DNA of 64,000 nucleotides, from assembly GCA_003562815.1 (NCBI GenBank), contig PWTO01000182.1, positions 7,703 to 71,702 of the forward strand, in the 5' to 3' direction. The position numbers and the translations under genes are program-made. The stretch is from Chromatiaceae bacterium (GTDB lineage: Bacteria > Pseudomonadota > Gammaproteobacteria > Chromatiales > Chromatiaceae). Each line of letters starts with the position of its first letter. Position 1 is the first letter of the stretch. The notes under the pieces were generated by a model. It worked only from the letters and a program-made list of their open reading frames with translations. It had not been told where the DNA came from and ran no database searches. Below, in pieces: positions 20,942 to 29,601 of the stretch.

Positions 20942-21106
20942 CGGCAGCCGTTAGCAATCGCGGCCAAGGAGCTAGCGACGCGCTACTGGCCATTGATGCG
21001 AGATGGCTGTTATCCGACGAGGCCTTTTGTTGATCTCCGTCGATAGCTATTTCGTTAAATCGTAATACGATTATATCGCGACACACTCGCACATATCCGG
21101 AGGTCA

Positions 21107-21964
21107 ATGATAATGATTTTCAGCAACCCGTTCTCGGAGCTGTCGGCTCTCATCTCCCCTGCCGTGATGCAGGCCTACGTCGTTCTGATGGTCCTGTTGG
21201 TCATCGGCGGCACCCTGCTCGATGTCAAGCATAAGAAGAGCGCCCAATATTTCTTCGAGAAAGGACAAGCGCTGAAGAAGCTCGCCAAGCGTGAGCCCAG
21301 CAGCGCCGAGAGAATGCGCATCGCCGCAAACACCATCACCCATGAGGTGCTCGCCTCGGGCGAGTTCGATAACCCGGATCGGCGCAAATCGCATCTGCTC
21401 ATGATGTATGGCTTCATCCTCTTCGTGGTCTCGACCGCACTCTTGATCTTCGGTCTGCCGGTCGCCGAGGGTGGGGGCTTTTCCCTCTTACCCCTGCTGT
21501 GGCACCTCGGCGCGCTGATGATCTGCGTCGGCGGCTACTGGTTCTGGCTCAAGATCCGCGTCGATGTGCGGGCCGAAGGCCACCAGTGGTATGAGGTGGA
21601 GCGCCGCGATCTGTTCATCGTTTCATTGTTGCTGATGGCCACCTCCGCGCTGGTGTGGTCATTGCTGGAGGCGATGGGCGGTGGCGTGCTCGCCGGTCTT
21701 GCCCTGTTTGTCTTCATCGTTGCGGCCACCACGCTGTTCAGCACCGTCTTCTGGTCGAAGTTCGCTCACATGTTCTACAAGCCTGCGGCGGCGTTCCAGA
21801 AAAAGATGGCCGTGGCGGATGGCTCAAGGGACAAGCTGCCCGATCTCCCCGAACTGACCGATCCTGCTGTCAGGCAGCGGTATCCGGATATCCCGGAGTA
21901 CATGGGCGACAACCCGCCCTACATGGGGCTTGGTATCAAGAGTGAGCCGCCTACCCATTACTGA
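21107..21964 (+). CDS. aprM: AprM, membrane anchor of APS reductase
   Basis: 285-aa polytopic membrane protein between sat and aprB, the same arrangement as the known sat-aprMBA cluster of Allochromatium vinosum. GGAGG RBS. Confidence 0.7.
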   Translation: MIMIFSNPFSELSALISPAVMQAYVVLMVLLVIGGTLLDVKHKKSAQYFFEKGQALKKLAKREPSSAERMRIAANTITHEVLASGEFDNPDRRKSHLLMMYGFILFVVSTALLIFGLPVAEGGGFSLLPLLWHLGALMICVGGYWFWLKIRVDVRAEGHQWYEVERRDLFIVSLLLMATSALVWSLLEAMGGGVLAGLALFVFIVAATTLFSTVFWSKFAHMFYKPAAAFQKKMAVADGSRDKLPDLPELTDPAVRQRYPDIPEYMGDNPPYMGLGIKSEPPTHY

Positions 21965-22003
21965 TCTTGATTCGATCCATCGAATCATGAGGAGGAATAG
22001 AAG

Positions 22004-22489
22004 ATGCCGACATTCGTCTATATGACCCGCTGCGATGGCTGTGGCCAATGTGTTGATATCTGTCCTTCGGACATCCTGCACATCGATCCCGTCACCCGGC
22101 GCGCCTACAACATCGAGCCCAATATGTGCTGGGAGTGCCTGCCCTGCGTCAAGGCTTGCCCGCAAAATGCCATCGACGTGCGTGGTTACGCGGACTTCGC
22201 CCCCTTGGGCCACTCGGTTCGGGTACGCCGTGACGAGGAAAAAGGCGTCATCGCCTGGCGGATCATCTTCCGCAACGGCCGCAAGGACATGGAGTTGCTG
22301 GCGCCGATCACAACCAAGCCCTGGCGGGAGCACATTCCAAAGCTCGCCGATGTGCCAGCACCCAGCCAAGAGATGCGCGATAGCCATCTGTTGTTCAACG
22401 AACCCAAGTACATTCGCATGGACGATGGCGGCTTGCACACGCTCAAGTCCAATGGGTTAAAGATGGTCGCCGGGGTGGAGAGTTACTAA
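22004..22489 (+). CDS. aprB: Adenylylsulfate (APS) reductase beta subunit
   Basis: MPTFVYMTRCDGCGQCVDICPSD... and CWECLPCVKACP ferredoxin motifs. AGGAGG RBS. Confidence 0.93.
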   Translation: MPTFVYMTRCDGCGQCVDICPSDILHIDPVTRRAYNIEPNMCWECLPCVKACPQNAIDVRGYADFAPLGHSVRVRRDEEKGVIAWRIIFRNGRKDMELLAPITTKPWREHIPKLADVPAPSQEMRDSHLLFNEPKYIRMDDGGLHTLKSNGLKMVAGVESY

Positions 22490-24351
22490 TGGCTTTCAAG
22501 ACAATCATCGAAGACGACATCGACATCCTGGTCGCCGGTGCTGGCCTAGGCGGCACGGGCGCCGCGTTCGAGGCCCGGTATTGGGGCCAGAACAAGAAGA
22601 TCGTCATCGCCGAAAAAGCGAACATCATGCGTTCCGGGGCCGTCTCGCAGGGCCTGTACGCGATCAATTGCTACATGGGAACCCGTTTCGGGGAAAACAA
22701 TCCCGAAGATCACGTCCGCTACGCACGTATCGACCTGATGGGCATGGTCCGTGAGGATCTGCTGTTCGATATGGCCCGTCATGTCGATTCGACCGTGCAT
22801 CAGTTCGAGGAATGGGGTCTGCCGCTGATGCGCGACCCGAAGACCGGCGCCTATCAGCGCGAAGGCCGCTGGCAGATCATGATTCACGGTGAGTCCTATA
22901 AGCCGATCGTCGCGGATGCGGCGAAGAAGTCGGCCGACAAGGTCTTCAACCGCATCTGTGTCACCCATCTGCTCATGGACGAAAGCAACCCGAACCGCGT
23001 TGCGGGCGCTGTCGGTTTCAATGTGCGCACCGGCAACTACCATGTCTTCAAGTCGAAGACCGTGATCTGCGGTGCGGGTGGCGCGTCTAACATCTTCAAG
23101 CCACGCTCGGTTGGCGAGGGTGCGGGCCGCGTTTGGTACGCGCCTTGGTCTTCCGGCTCCGCGTACGGTCTGATGATCGGCGCCGGCGCCAAGATGACAC
23201 AGATGGAAAACCGCATCGTGCTGGCGCGCTTCAAGGACGGTTACGGCCCCGTGGGCGCCTACTTCCTGCACCTCAAGACCTACACGCAGAACGGCTATGG
23301 TGAGGAATACGAGTCCAAGTGGTTCCCAGCGCTCGAGGAGATGGTCGGCAAGCGCTATCTTGACATCGAGGCCTCGCACCTAACCCATCGCCCGATTCCG
23401 ACCTGCCTGCGCAACCATGCGTTGATCAATGAGGTCAATGCCGGTCGCGGCCCGATCCACATGGTGACCATGGAGGCGTTCCAAGACCCGCATCTCGAAG
23501 AGATCGGCTGGCACAACTTCTTAGGGATGACCGTCGGCCAGGCCGTCCTGTGGGCGGCCACCGATGTCGATCCCAAGCATGAGAATCCGGAGCTGACGAC
23601 CTCCGAGCCCTATGTGATGGGCTCGCATGCGACCGGCTGCGGCGCCTGGTGCTCGGGTCCGGAGGATGTCTCGCCGCCCGAGTACTTCTGGGGCTACAAC
23701 CGCATGACCACGGTCGAAGGGCTGTTCGGGGCCGGCGACGCCGTCGGCGGCACACCGCACGCCTTCTCGTCTGGCTCCTTCACCGAGGGGCGTCTTGCCG
23801 CCAAGGCGGCCTGCCAGTATATCGACGACGGCAAGGCCGAAGGCATCGTCGTCTCCGACGAGCAAATCAACCGGCGCAAGGAAGAGATCTACAAGCCGAT
23901 GGAGCATTACAAGGTCTATCGCAATGAGATCACGGCCGGATCGGTCAACCCGAACTACATCAACCCACGCCAGGGTCTTGATCGTCTGCAGAAGTTGATG
24001 GACGAGTACTGTGGCGGCGTGACGGTCAGCTACATGACCAACGACAAGCTGCTGAACATCGGCTTGAAGAAGATGAAGGTCATGGAAGAGGACCTGGAGA
24101 AACTGGCCGCAGAGAATATCCACGAGCTGCTGCGGGCCTGGGAACTGAAGCACCGCCACATGACCGCCGAGGCTGTCTTTCAACACACCCTGTTCCGCGA
24201 AGAGACCCGTTGGCCGGGCTACTACTATCGCGGCGACCACATGAAGGTGGACGACGAGAACTGGCATGTGCTGACGGTGTCTCGCCGCGATCCCGAGACC
24301 GGTGAATACACCATGGAAAAGGCGCCTTGTTACCACCTGGTAGACGCGTAG
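22489..24351 (+). CDS. aprA: Adenylylsulfate (APS) reductase alpha subunit
   Basis: 620 aa, DILVAGAGLGGTGAAFEA FAD fold, fumarate-reductase-family core. ATG overlaps the aprB stop. Confidence 0.93.
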   Translation: MAFKTIIEDDIDILVAGAGLGGTGAAFEARYWGQNKKIVIAEKANIMRSGAVSQGLYAINCYMGTRFGENNPEDHVRYARIDLMGMVREDLLFDMARHVDSTVHQFEEWGLPLMRDPKTGAYQREGRWQIMIHGESYKPIVADAAKKSADKVFNRICVTHLLMDESNPNRVAGAVGFNVRTGNYHVFKSKTVICGAGGASNIFKPRSVGEGAGRVWYAPWSSGSAYGLMIGAGAKMTQMENRIVLARFKDGYGPVGAYFLHLKTYTQNGYGEEYESKWFPALEEMVGKRYLDIEASHLTHRPIPTCLRNHALINEVNAGRGPIHMVTMEAFQDPHLEEIGWHNFLGMTVGQAVLWAATDVDPKHENPELTTSEPYVMGSHATGCGAWCSGPEDVSPPEYFWGYNRMTTVEGLFGAGDAVGGTPHAFSSGSFTEGRLAAKAACQYIDDGKAEGIVVSDEQINRRKEEIYKPMEHYKVYRNEITAGSVNPNYINPRQGLDRLQKLMDEYCGGVTVSYMTNDKLLNIGLKKMKVMEEDLEKLAAENIHELLRAWELKHRHMTAEAVFQHTLFREETRWPGYYYRGDHMKVDDENWHVLTVSRRDPETGEYTMEKAPCYHLVDA

Positions 24352-24368
24352 GATTAGGCTCATCTGGA

Positions 24369-24406
24369 GGCGTGGGTGCTCGCTTCGCGGGCTCCACGCC
24401 GTTTTG
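24369..24406 (+). terminator. Candidate intrinsic terminator after aprA
   Basis: Stem GGCGTGG (24369-24375) pairs with CCACGCC (24394-24400), followed by GTTTTG. Confidence 0.4.
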
Positions 24407-24423
24407 CACAAGAATCCCTGTGA

Positions 24424-24774
24424 ATGAATATCAACGATCTGACTGACGAAGAGGTACTTGAGATCGCGCATCCCCTGTGGGATGACCTGGTCAAGTATTC
24501 CAATGAGGGTGCTTACGGGAAATTCATCAAGAAATTCTCGTATGGCTTGTTACTTGGCCTCAATGAGGTGGAGCTGGGTAAACAATTCGCGCACAGTGAG
24601 CTGGCCCGCAACCTGGTCGAGGAGAGAGACTTTCTTGGGCTGATCAGGCGTGGCGAGCATGTCACGGCCCTCTACCGAGTGCGCAGCCAAGCACGCGAAG
24701 GCGAGTGGCTGGGGCGCATGGTCCTCGGTTACGAGAATGGAGACGTGAAGATCTTTGCCGCTTCGATTTTCTAA
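24424..24774 (+). CDS. Hypothetical protein (116 aa), visibly lower GC than its neighbours
   Basis: Clean ORF with protein-like composition (MNINDLTDEEVLEIAHPLWDDLVKY...). No recognised motif and no obvious RBS. Confidence 0.5.
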   Translation: MNINDLTDEEVLEIAHPLWDDLVKYSNEGAYGKFIKKFSYGLLLGLNEVELGKQFAHSELARNLVEERDFLGLIRRGEHVTALYRVRSQAREGEWLGRMVLGYENGDVKIFAASIF

Positions 24775-24778
24775 CGCG

Positions 24779-25306
24779 ATGAAACAGGCCAACCCACAAC
24801 GCATCGAGGACGACAAATTTGTCGAGCTGACCTATCGGGTCATCGATCAGAAGACCGAGGACGTGCTGACGACCGTGGACTTTCCGTTGGGTTATGTTCA
24901 GGGTCGTAACGCGGTGCTGGCGCCACAGGTGATGGCGGAACTCGACGGACGATCGGCGGGAGAGACGATCAGGATTCCGATCGATTGCACGGATCTCTAC
25001 GGTCCGCGCGACGAATCCTTGGTCATCACCGACCGGATCGACAACGTTCCTGTCGAGTACCGGGAAGTCGGGACCGAGATCCTCATGGAAAACGACAAGG
25101 GCGACACCAAGCGCTTCTTCGTCACCCGCATGGATGACAAGACGCTGACCATGGATGGCAACCATCCGCTGTGCGGCAGACAGGTCGTGTTCGAGCTTGA
25201 AATCCTAAGCGTGCGAGATGCGACTGAAGAAGAACTCATCGCAGGCGGCAAGGTGGACAGAGGCGCGGACACCGGCGGCCTCACGACCCGGCCGATCTGG
25301 GAGTAG
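24779..25306 (+). CDS. FKBP-type peptidyl-prolyl cis-trans isomerase (SlyD/FkpB-like)
   Basis: VELTYRV...DFPLGYV...M.ELDG...GNHPLCGRQVVFELEILSVRDAT is the FKBP core with an insert-in-flap pattern. Start taken at MKQANP. Confidence 0.8.
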   Translation: MKQANPQRIEDDKFVELTYRVIDQKTEDVLTTVDFPLGYVQGRNAVLAPQVMAELDGRSAGETIRIPIDCTDLYGPRDESLVITDRIDNVPVEYREVGTEILMENDKGDTKRFFVTRMDDKTLTMDGNHPLCGRQVVFELEILSVRDATEEELIAGGKVDRGADTGGLTTRPIWE

Positions 25307-25610
25307 GAAACAGTTTGCGCATCGCACCATAGACGTGCTCGTAGGTATTGGCGTTTTCACCGCAATGGATGAGTTCGTCGGCATCGGTGCGGAACGTCAA
25401 ATAGGGATGCACCTCGCGACCATCAACCTCAATCCCCGCGACATCGTCGATGACACCGGTAATGCTCAACGCGATGCTGGCGGTGAGGTCTTCTAGCTTC
25501 TCCTGCTCGACGCCCCCTTCTTGAAGCTTGATCTTGATTCTTGCGACGATCTCGCTGACGAAGATCGCCTGCTGCTCGTCGAATTGCGCGCCCGCCAACG
25601 TCAGTTTCAC
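25281..25610 (-). CDS. Hypothetical protein (109 aa)
   Basis: ORF with balanced, protein-like composition. Its 3' end overlaps the convergent FKBP gene by 26 nt. No family recognised. Confidence 0.45.
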   Translation of the reverse strand: MKLTLAGAQFDEQQAIFVSEIVARIKIKLQEGGVEQEKLEDLTASIALSITGVIDDVAGIEVDGREVHPYLTFRTDADELIHCGENANTYEHVYGAMRKLFPTPRSAGS

Positions 25611-25686
25611 GTTCTATACCTTGCATAAGCGAGCGGCCTAGCGAACGTTTCAGTTCACACGGCCGCCATGTTTCATGGGCGGCGTC

Positions 25687-25848
25687 TCAGGGTTTCTTTG
25701 GGGTCTGATAGGCGACTTCTTTCTGGAACTTTTCCCAAATCACCTCGTATCCAACATACCCCTTTTCATTCGGCTGCATCTGACGGGTCACGCAAAATCG
25801 GCTGTGGCCGTCGGGAACCTTGGGGCGCGTTTTCTTTTGATCGCTCAT
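25687..25848 (-). CDS. Small hypothetical protein (53 aa), absent from the ORF track
   Basis: Hand translation gives MSDQKKTRPKVPDGHSRFCVTRQMQPNEKGYVGYEVIWEKFQKEVAYQTPKKP with a TGA stop. A GAGAGG Shine-Dalgarno-like element lies about 7 nt upstream of the ATG. Confidence 0.4.
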   Translation of the reverse strand: MSDQKKTRPKVPDGHSRFCVTRQMQPNEKGYVGYEVIWEKFQKEVAYQTPKKP

Positions 25849-26009
25849 CAATAACCTCTCTGTGTAGAAGGCTAGTCCGGCTTATGCACGAGACAGCAAT
25901 CAGAAGCTATCCCGGCGGAACGCGTCTGTCAAGCCGCCGCAAGCCAATGCAACCTGGACAGAAACGGCTCGCTTCTCGCCGGCACACAGCGCTCGGCCCA
26001 GCGAGCCGA

Positions 26010-26528
26010 TCAGCGCTCGAGTTCCTGGATCTCGAAGCGCATCGTCTCGAGATCGCCGATCGCCCAGGTCGCCGCAGGCGCACCAAGCCCCGCGACCGTG
26101 CCCGGATTGACCAACCAGGTCTGCCCGCCTTTCACGGTCTCTTCCAGGCTCACGAGCGGCTCGTGGCTATGACCGCAGCAGACCAAGTCGTGATCGCCGG
26201 CGCGGGCGAAGGCCTGGCCGATGTGAGGATAATGCGTCATGAAGATCTTGCGGCCGCCGAGTTCCAGGCTCGCATCGTTACCGTAGTACTGGAGCAGCTC
26301 CTCGGACTCGCACGCCAGACGCGAGATGGAGACCGGATCGCCCAGGTTGTTGCCGTGGATCACATGAATCGGCAGGCCGAGCTTGAGCGAAGCGCGCAGG
26401 GTGTTGGTGCCGATCAGATCGCCACAGTGCAGCACGCATTCGGCGCCGCGCATCTTGGCCTCGGCGATCGCGGTGGCGAGCATGGGGCCGCGATCATGGC
26501 TGTCTGAGACGATACAGATCTTCATCAT
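26010..26528 (-). CDS. Metallophosphoesterase (YfcE/MJ0936 family)
   Basis: Motifs IVSDSHD, HCGDL, GNN and GHSH in the canonical order. 20 nt downstream of cysC on the same strand. Confidence 0.8.
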   Translation of the reverse strand: MMKICIVSDSHDRGPMLATAIAEAKMRGAECVLHCGDLIGTNTLRASLKLGLPIHVIHGNNLGDPVSISRLACESEELLQYYGNDASLELGGRKIFMTHYPHIGQAFARAGDHDLVCCGHSHEPLVSLEETVKGGQTWLVNPGTVAGLGAPAATWAIGDLETMRFEIQELER

Positions 26529-26548
26529 GAAAGCCCGGGGCGTTGGTG

Positions 26549-27211
26549 TTAACGGGTGGCGGATAGGATTCCACGCCTGATCAGATCGTCGATGACCTCG
26601 CCGGCGAGTTCCTCCGGCGTCCCTTTGCCCGCATGCAGGATGAGTTCAGGCCTTTCCGGTGCCTCGTAAGGATCATCGATGCCGGTGAAATGCTTGATCT
26701 CCCCGGCGCGCGCCTTCTTGTACAGGCCCTTGGGATCACGCTGTTCGCAGATCGCGAGGGGGGTGTCGACGAAGACCTCGATGAAGTCACCCTCGCGCAT
26801 CATCGCCCGCACCCGGTCGCGATCCACGCGGTAAGGGCTGATGAAGGCGGTCAGCGCAATGGTGCCGGAGTCGCAGAACAGTTGCGCGACGGCACCGATG
26901 CGGCGAATATTTTCTTCCCGATCGATGGCCGAAAACCCGAGCCCGAAACGCTCGGCATAGGCCTCGCCATGGGTCTCCCGGAGCATGCTAGGGCCGGCGT
27001 TGAGCCCGTGTCGCACATTGTCGCCATCGAGCACCGCGCTCTTCACGCCCCGGGCCGCGAGCATATGATCGACCACATTGGCAATCGTGCTCTTGCCCGA
27101 GCCGCTGAGGCCGGTAAACCAGATCACGCAGCCACGATGGCCGTGCAAACGCTCGCGCTCCTCGCGCGAGACCCGGTGATCGTGCCAAGTGACATTCGTA
27201 TCGTTCGCCAT
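26549..27211 (-). CDS. cysC: Adenylyl-sulfate (APS) kinase
   Basis: GLSGSGKSTIAN P-loop, LDGDNVRHGLN and FISPY motifs. Confidence 0.92.
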   Translation of the reverse strand: MANDTNVTWHDHRVSREERERLHGHRGCVIWFTGLSGSGKSTIANVVDHMLAARGVKSAVLDGDNVRHGLNAGPSMLRETHGEAYAERFGLGFSAIDREENIRRIGAVAQLFCDSGTIALTAFISPYRVDRDRVRAMMREGDFIEVFVDTPLAICEQRDPKGLYKKARAGEIKHFTGIDDPYEAPERPELILHAGKGTPEELAGEVIDDLIRRGILSATR

Positions 27212-27452
27212 GAAGGGATCTCGATGCAGGAAGGCTGTCGCGATGACATGGAACAGGGAAGGTTAAGGGACCAACGCGATCCTGGCAATGCTCTGGCAGC
27301 ACCCGCTTCCAGAGGCGGGCTCGCTTGGACCACACGCCCTCTGAGCGGGCACACAGACGCGCACGCGCACGCAACTAAAGACGCCGCGACCTAGACAGAA
27401 GCAGGACAATGTATTAGAATTTGCTTATTCTCTAATCTAACGGAGTCCGGCT

Positions 27453-27677
27453 ATGTTACTGAATTGCCGCACCATGCGTTTCGCCGTCACCCTCTCGGGC
27501 CTGATGCTCGCCGCCGGCTTGCTACTCGGGACGTTCGCGAGGATCACCGGGCTTTCGGTCCCAACCAGCCAGCTCTCGCTGGTTCTGGTGCTCGGCGCCG
27601 TCTTCCTGCTCGCCGTCATCTTCCTGGTCGCCCTGATTCCAGGCGTTGTGCGGCAGATGGATGAATGTCGTCACTAA
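27453..27677 (+). CDS. Small two-TM membrane protein, hypothetical
   Basis: GGAG RBS about 7 nt upstream. Two hydrophobic helices. Preceded by an AT-rich region with the inverted repeat ATTAGA/TCTAAT (27413-27436). Confidence 0.4.
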   Translation: MLLNCRTMRFAVTLSGLMLAAGLLLGTFARITGLSVPTSQLSLVLVLGAVFLLAVIFLVALIPGVVRQMDECRH

Positions 27678-27734
27678 AAGCCGTCCGTCACCAGCATGCC
27701 TTGGGTGCAGACTTGGCTTCATGGTCGGCGGGAC

Positions 27735-29543
27735 TCAACGGGTCGCAGCCGGTTTGCCGGCGAAGATTGCCATCATACTGGCGGCGATCCGATGTCCAGC
27801 GGCGACGGCGGTGATCACGTCCGGTCCTTGGACCGCGTCCCCGGCTGCCCAGAGCCAGGGCTCGGAGGTGCGCCCGTCGGCATCGATCCGGATGCGGTTG
27901 CGTTCCCACTCCAGCGCCTCGGTCAGCGGTTCGCCTAGGAAGGCGTGATCCGCAGCCTGGCCGATGGCCTCGACGATCAGGCCAGCGTCGTGGAGCTGAA
28001 TGTCGCTGTCGTCGTAGTTCGGCGCGAAACGCCCCTGCTCATCGAAGACCGAGATACAGTGGACGGTCTCTAGCCCAATGACAGCGTCGCGCTCGATCAC
28101 GCACTGACGTGGACCGCGACTGGGGATGATCACAACGCCCTCCTCGCGCGCCTCGTCGATCTCCTCGCGGTCAGCGAGCATCAGGTCTTCGGCCTCAAGG
28201 GCGACCAGGGTAACGCCAACCTTGCCATGCTGCTGGCGCTGCATGCGCGCGAGGCTGCGGGCGATGTCCATGGCAACGTTGCCACCGCCGATGACGGCCA
28301 GGGTCTCTGGAACCTCGAAGCGCTCACCGAGGGTGATACGCCGCAGCAGCTCCACGGCGGAGACGACGTCCCGATGCTCGCTGCCGGGAATGCGCGTGGA
28401 GCGGCCTTGGTGCAGACCGATGGCGAGCAGCACGCTATCGTGCTGCGCGCGTAGTTGATCGATGCTGATGTCCTCGCCGACCCGGGTGCTGCAACGGATC
28501 TCGACCCCCATCGAGCGGATGACGTCGATGTCCTCATCGAGCTTGTCGTAAGGCAGTCGGTACTCCGGGATGCCGTAGCGCATCATGCCGCCGGGAGCGG
28601 GCTGGGCCTCGAACACCGTCACGCCATGACCGGCCTTGGCCAGATCGAAGGCGGCAGTGAGCCCTGCCGGTCCAGCCCCAATGATTGCGACCTGATGCCC
28701 GCTCGGCTCGCTGACGCGCCCCTCGGCGGCGATCTGCTTGATCCGATCGTGCGGAACCTGGTCGATGATGTGGCGCTTGAGCCAGCGGATGGCGATGGGA
28801 TCGCCCTCGTGGCGCGCCGCGCAGCTGGTCTCGCAGCGATGAGTGCAGACGCGCCCGCAGACATTGGAGAAGGGGTTGGTCTGATACAGCAGCCGCACGC
28901 CCTGCTCGTAGGCGCCATCGCGAATGGTGGCGATGTACTCGGGCACTGCCATGTGCGTCGGGCAGGTGGCGACGCAGAGGCCGCAGGAGACACAGCGGTC
29001 AGCCTCGAGCTTGGCCTGCTCGAGGTCGTAGCCGGCAACGATCTCGACGAAAGAATCGGCGCGCGCCTCTGGCTCGAGTTCGCCCATGTCCACGCGCTCG
29101 TTACCGGTAAGCCGATGTCCTTCGGGACGCCGGTAGCCAAGTTCGGCGCTGTCCCAGTGCTTCAGATCGACGCCGGGGGTGAAGCGAAACACCTCCGGGT
29201 CATGGTCCACCCACTTGTACTCGTTCGACATGCTCAGCGAGCTGGTCATGCAGACATCGACACAGAGCGCGCACCAGCAGCAGCGCCCATAGTCGATGCG
29301 CGGGCGCAGACCGGAGTCGCCGGGTTTGGTCGCGATCTCGGCGACCGCAACCATATCGATCGCCGCGTTCTGACAGATCGCCTCGCAGGTGCCGCAGCCG
29401 ATGCACTTCTCGACGTCGTTTTGGTGGAAACCGCGGTAGCGCGGCGCACCCGGTCGATCGTTGAGCGGATCAGGGATGGTGACCGGGTCGCGGAAGAGGT
29501 TCTTCCAGGCACTGAAGGGAGAAAGGACGTCGCTCAAGCTCAT
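27735..29543 (-). CDS. Fusion protein: NuoI/MbxN-like 2x[4Fe-4S] ferredoxin (N-terminal) plus GltD/NfnB/SudA-like NAD(P)H-dependent FAD oxidoreductase (C-terminal)
   Basis: N-terminal CIGCGTCEAIC and CCWCALCVDVC. Then CVSCGLCVATCP and CGRVCTHRCETSC (the GltD-type Fe-S region), VAIIGAGPAGLTAAFDL (FAD site) and LAVIGGGNVAMDIARS (NAD(P)H site). Last gene of the Mrp-Mbx-like operon. Confidence 0.85.
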   Translation of the reverse strand: MSLSDVLSPFSAWKNLFRDPVTIPDPLNDRPGAPRYRGFHQNDVEKCIGCGTCEAICQNAAIDMVAVAEIATKPGDSGLRPRIDYGRCCWCALCVDVCMTSSLSMSNEYKWVDHDPEVFRFTPGVDLKHWDSAELGYRRPEGHRLTGNERVDMGELEPEARADSFVEIVAGYDLEQAKLEADRCVSCGLCVATCPTHMAVPEYIATIRDGAYEQGVRLLYQTNPFSNVCGRVCTHRCETSCAARHEGDPIAIRWLKRHIIDQVPHDRIKQIAAEGRVSEPSGHQVAIIGAGPAGLTAAFDLAKAGHGVTVFEAQPAPGGMMRYGIPEYRLPYDKLDEDIDVIRSMGVEIRCSTRVGEDISIDQLRAQHDSVLLAIGLHQGRSTRIPGSEHRDVVSAVELLRRITLGERFEVPETLAVIGGGNVAMDIARSLARMQRQQHGKVGVTLVALEAEDLMLADREEIDEAREEGVVIIPSRGPRQCVIERDAVIGLETVHCISVFDEQGRFAPNYDDSDIQLHDAGLIVEAIGQAADHAFLGEPLTEALEWERNRIRIDADGRTSEPWLWAAGDAVQGPDVITAVAAGHRIAASMMAIFAGKPAATR

Positions 29544-29601
29544 CCGAATGTCTCGACTATCGTAGGAATTTCTTGAACCACAGATGACGCGAGTGAACCA
29601 T

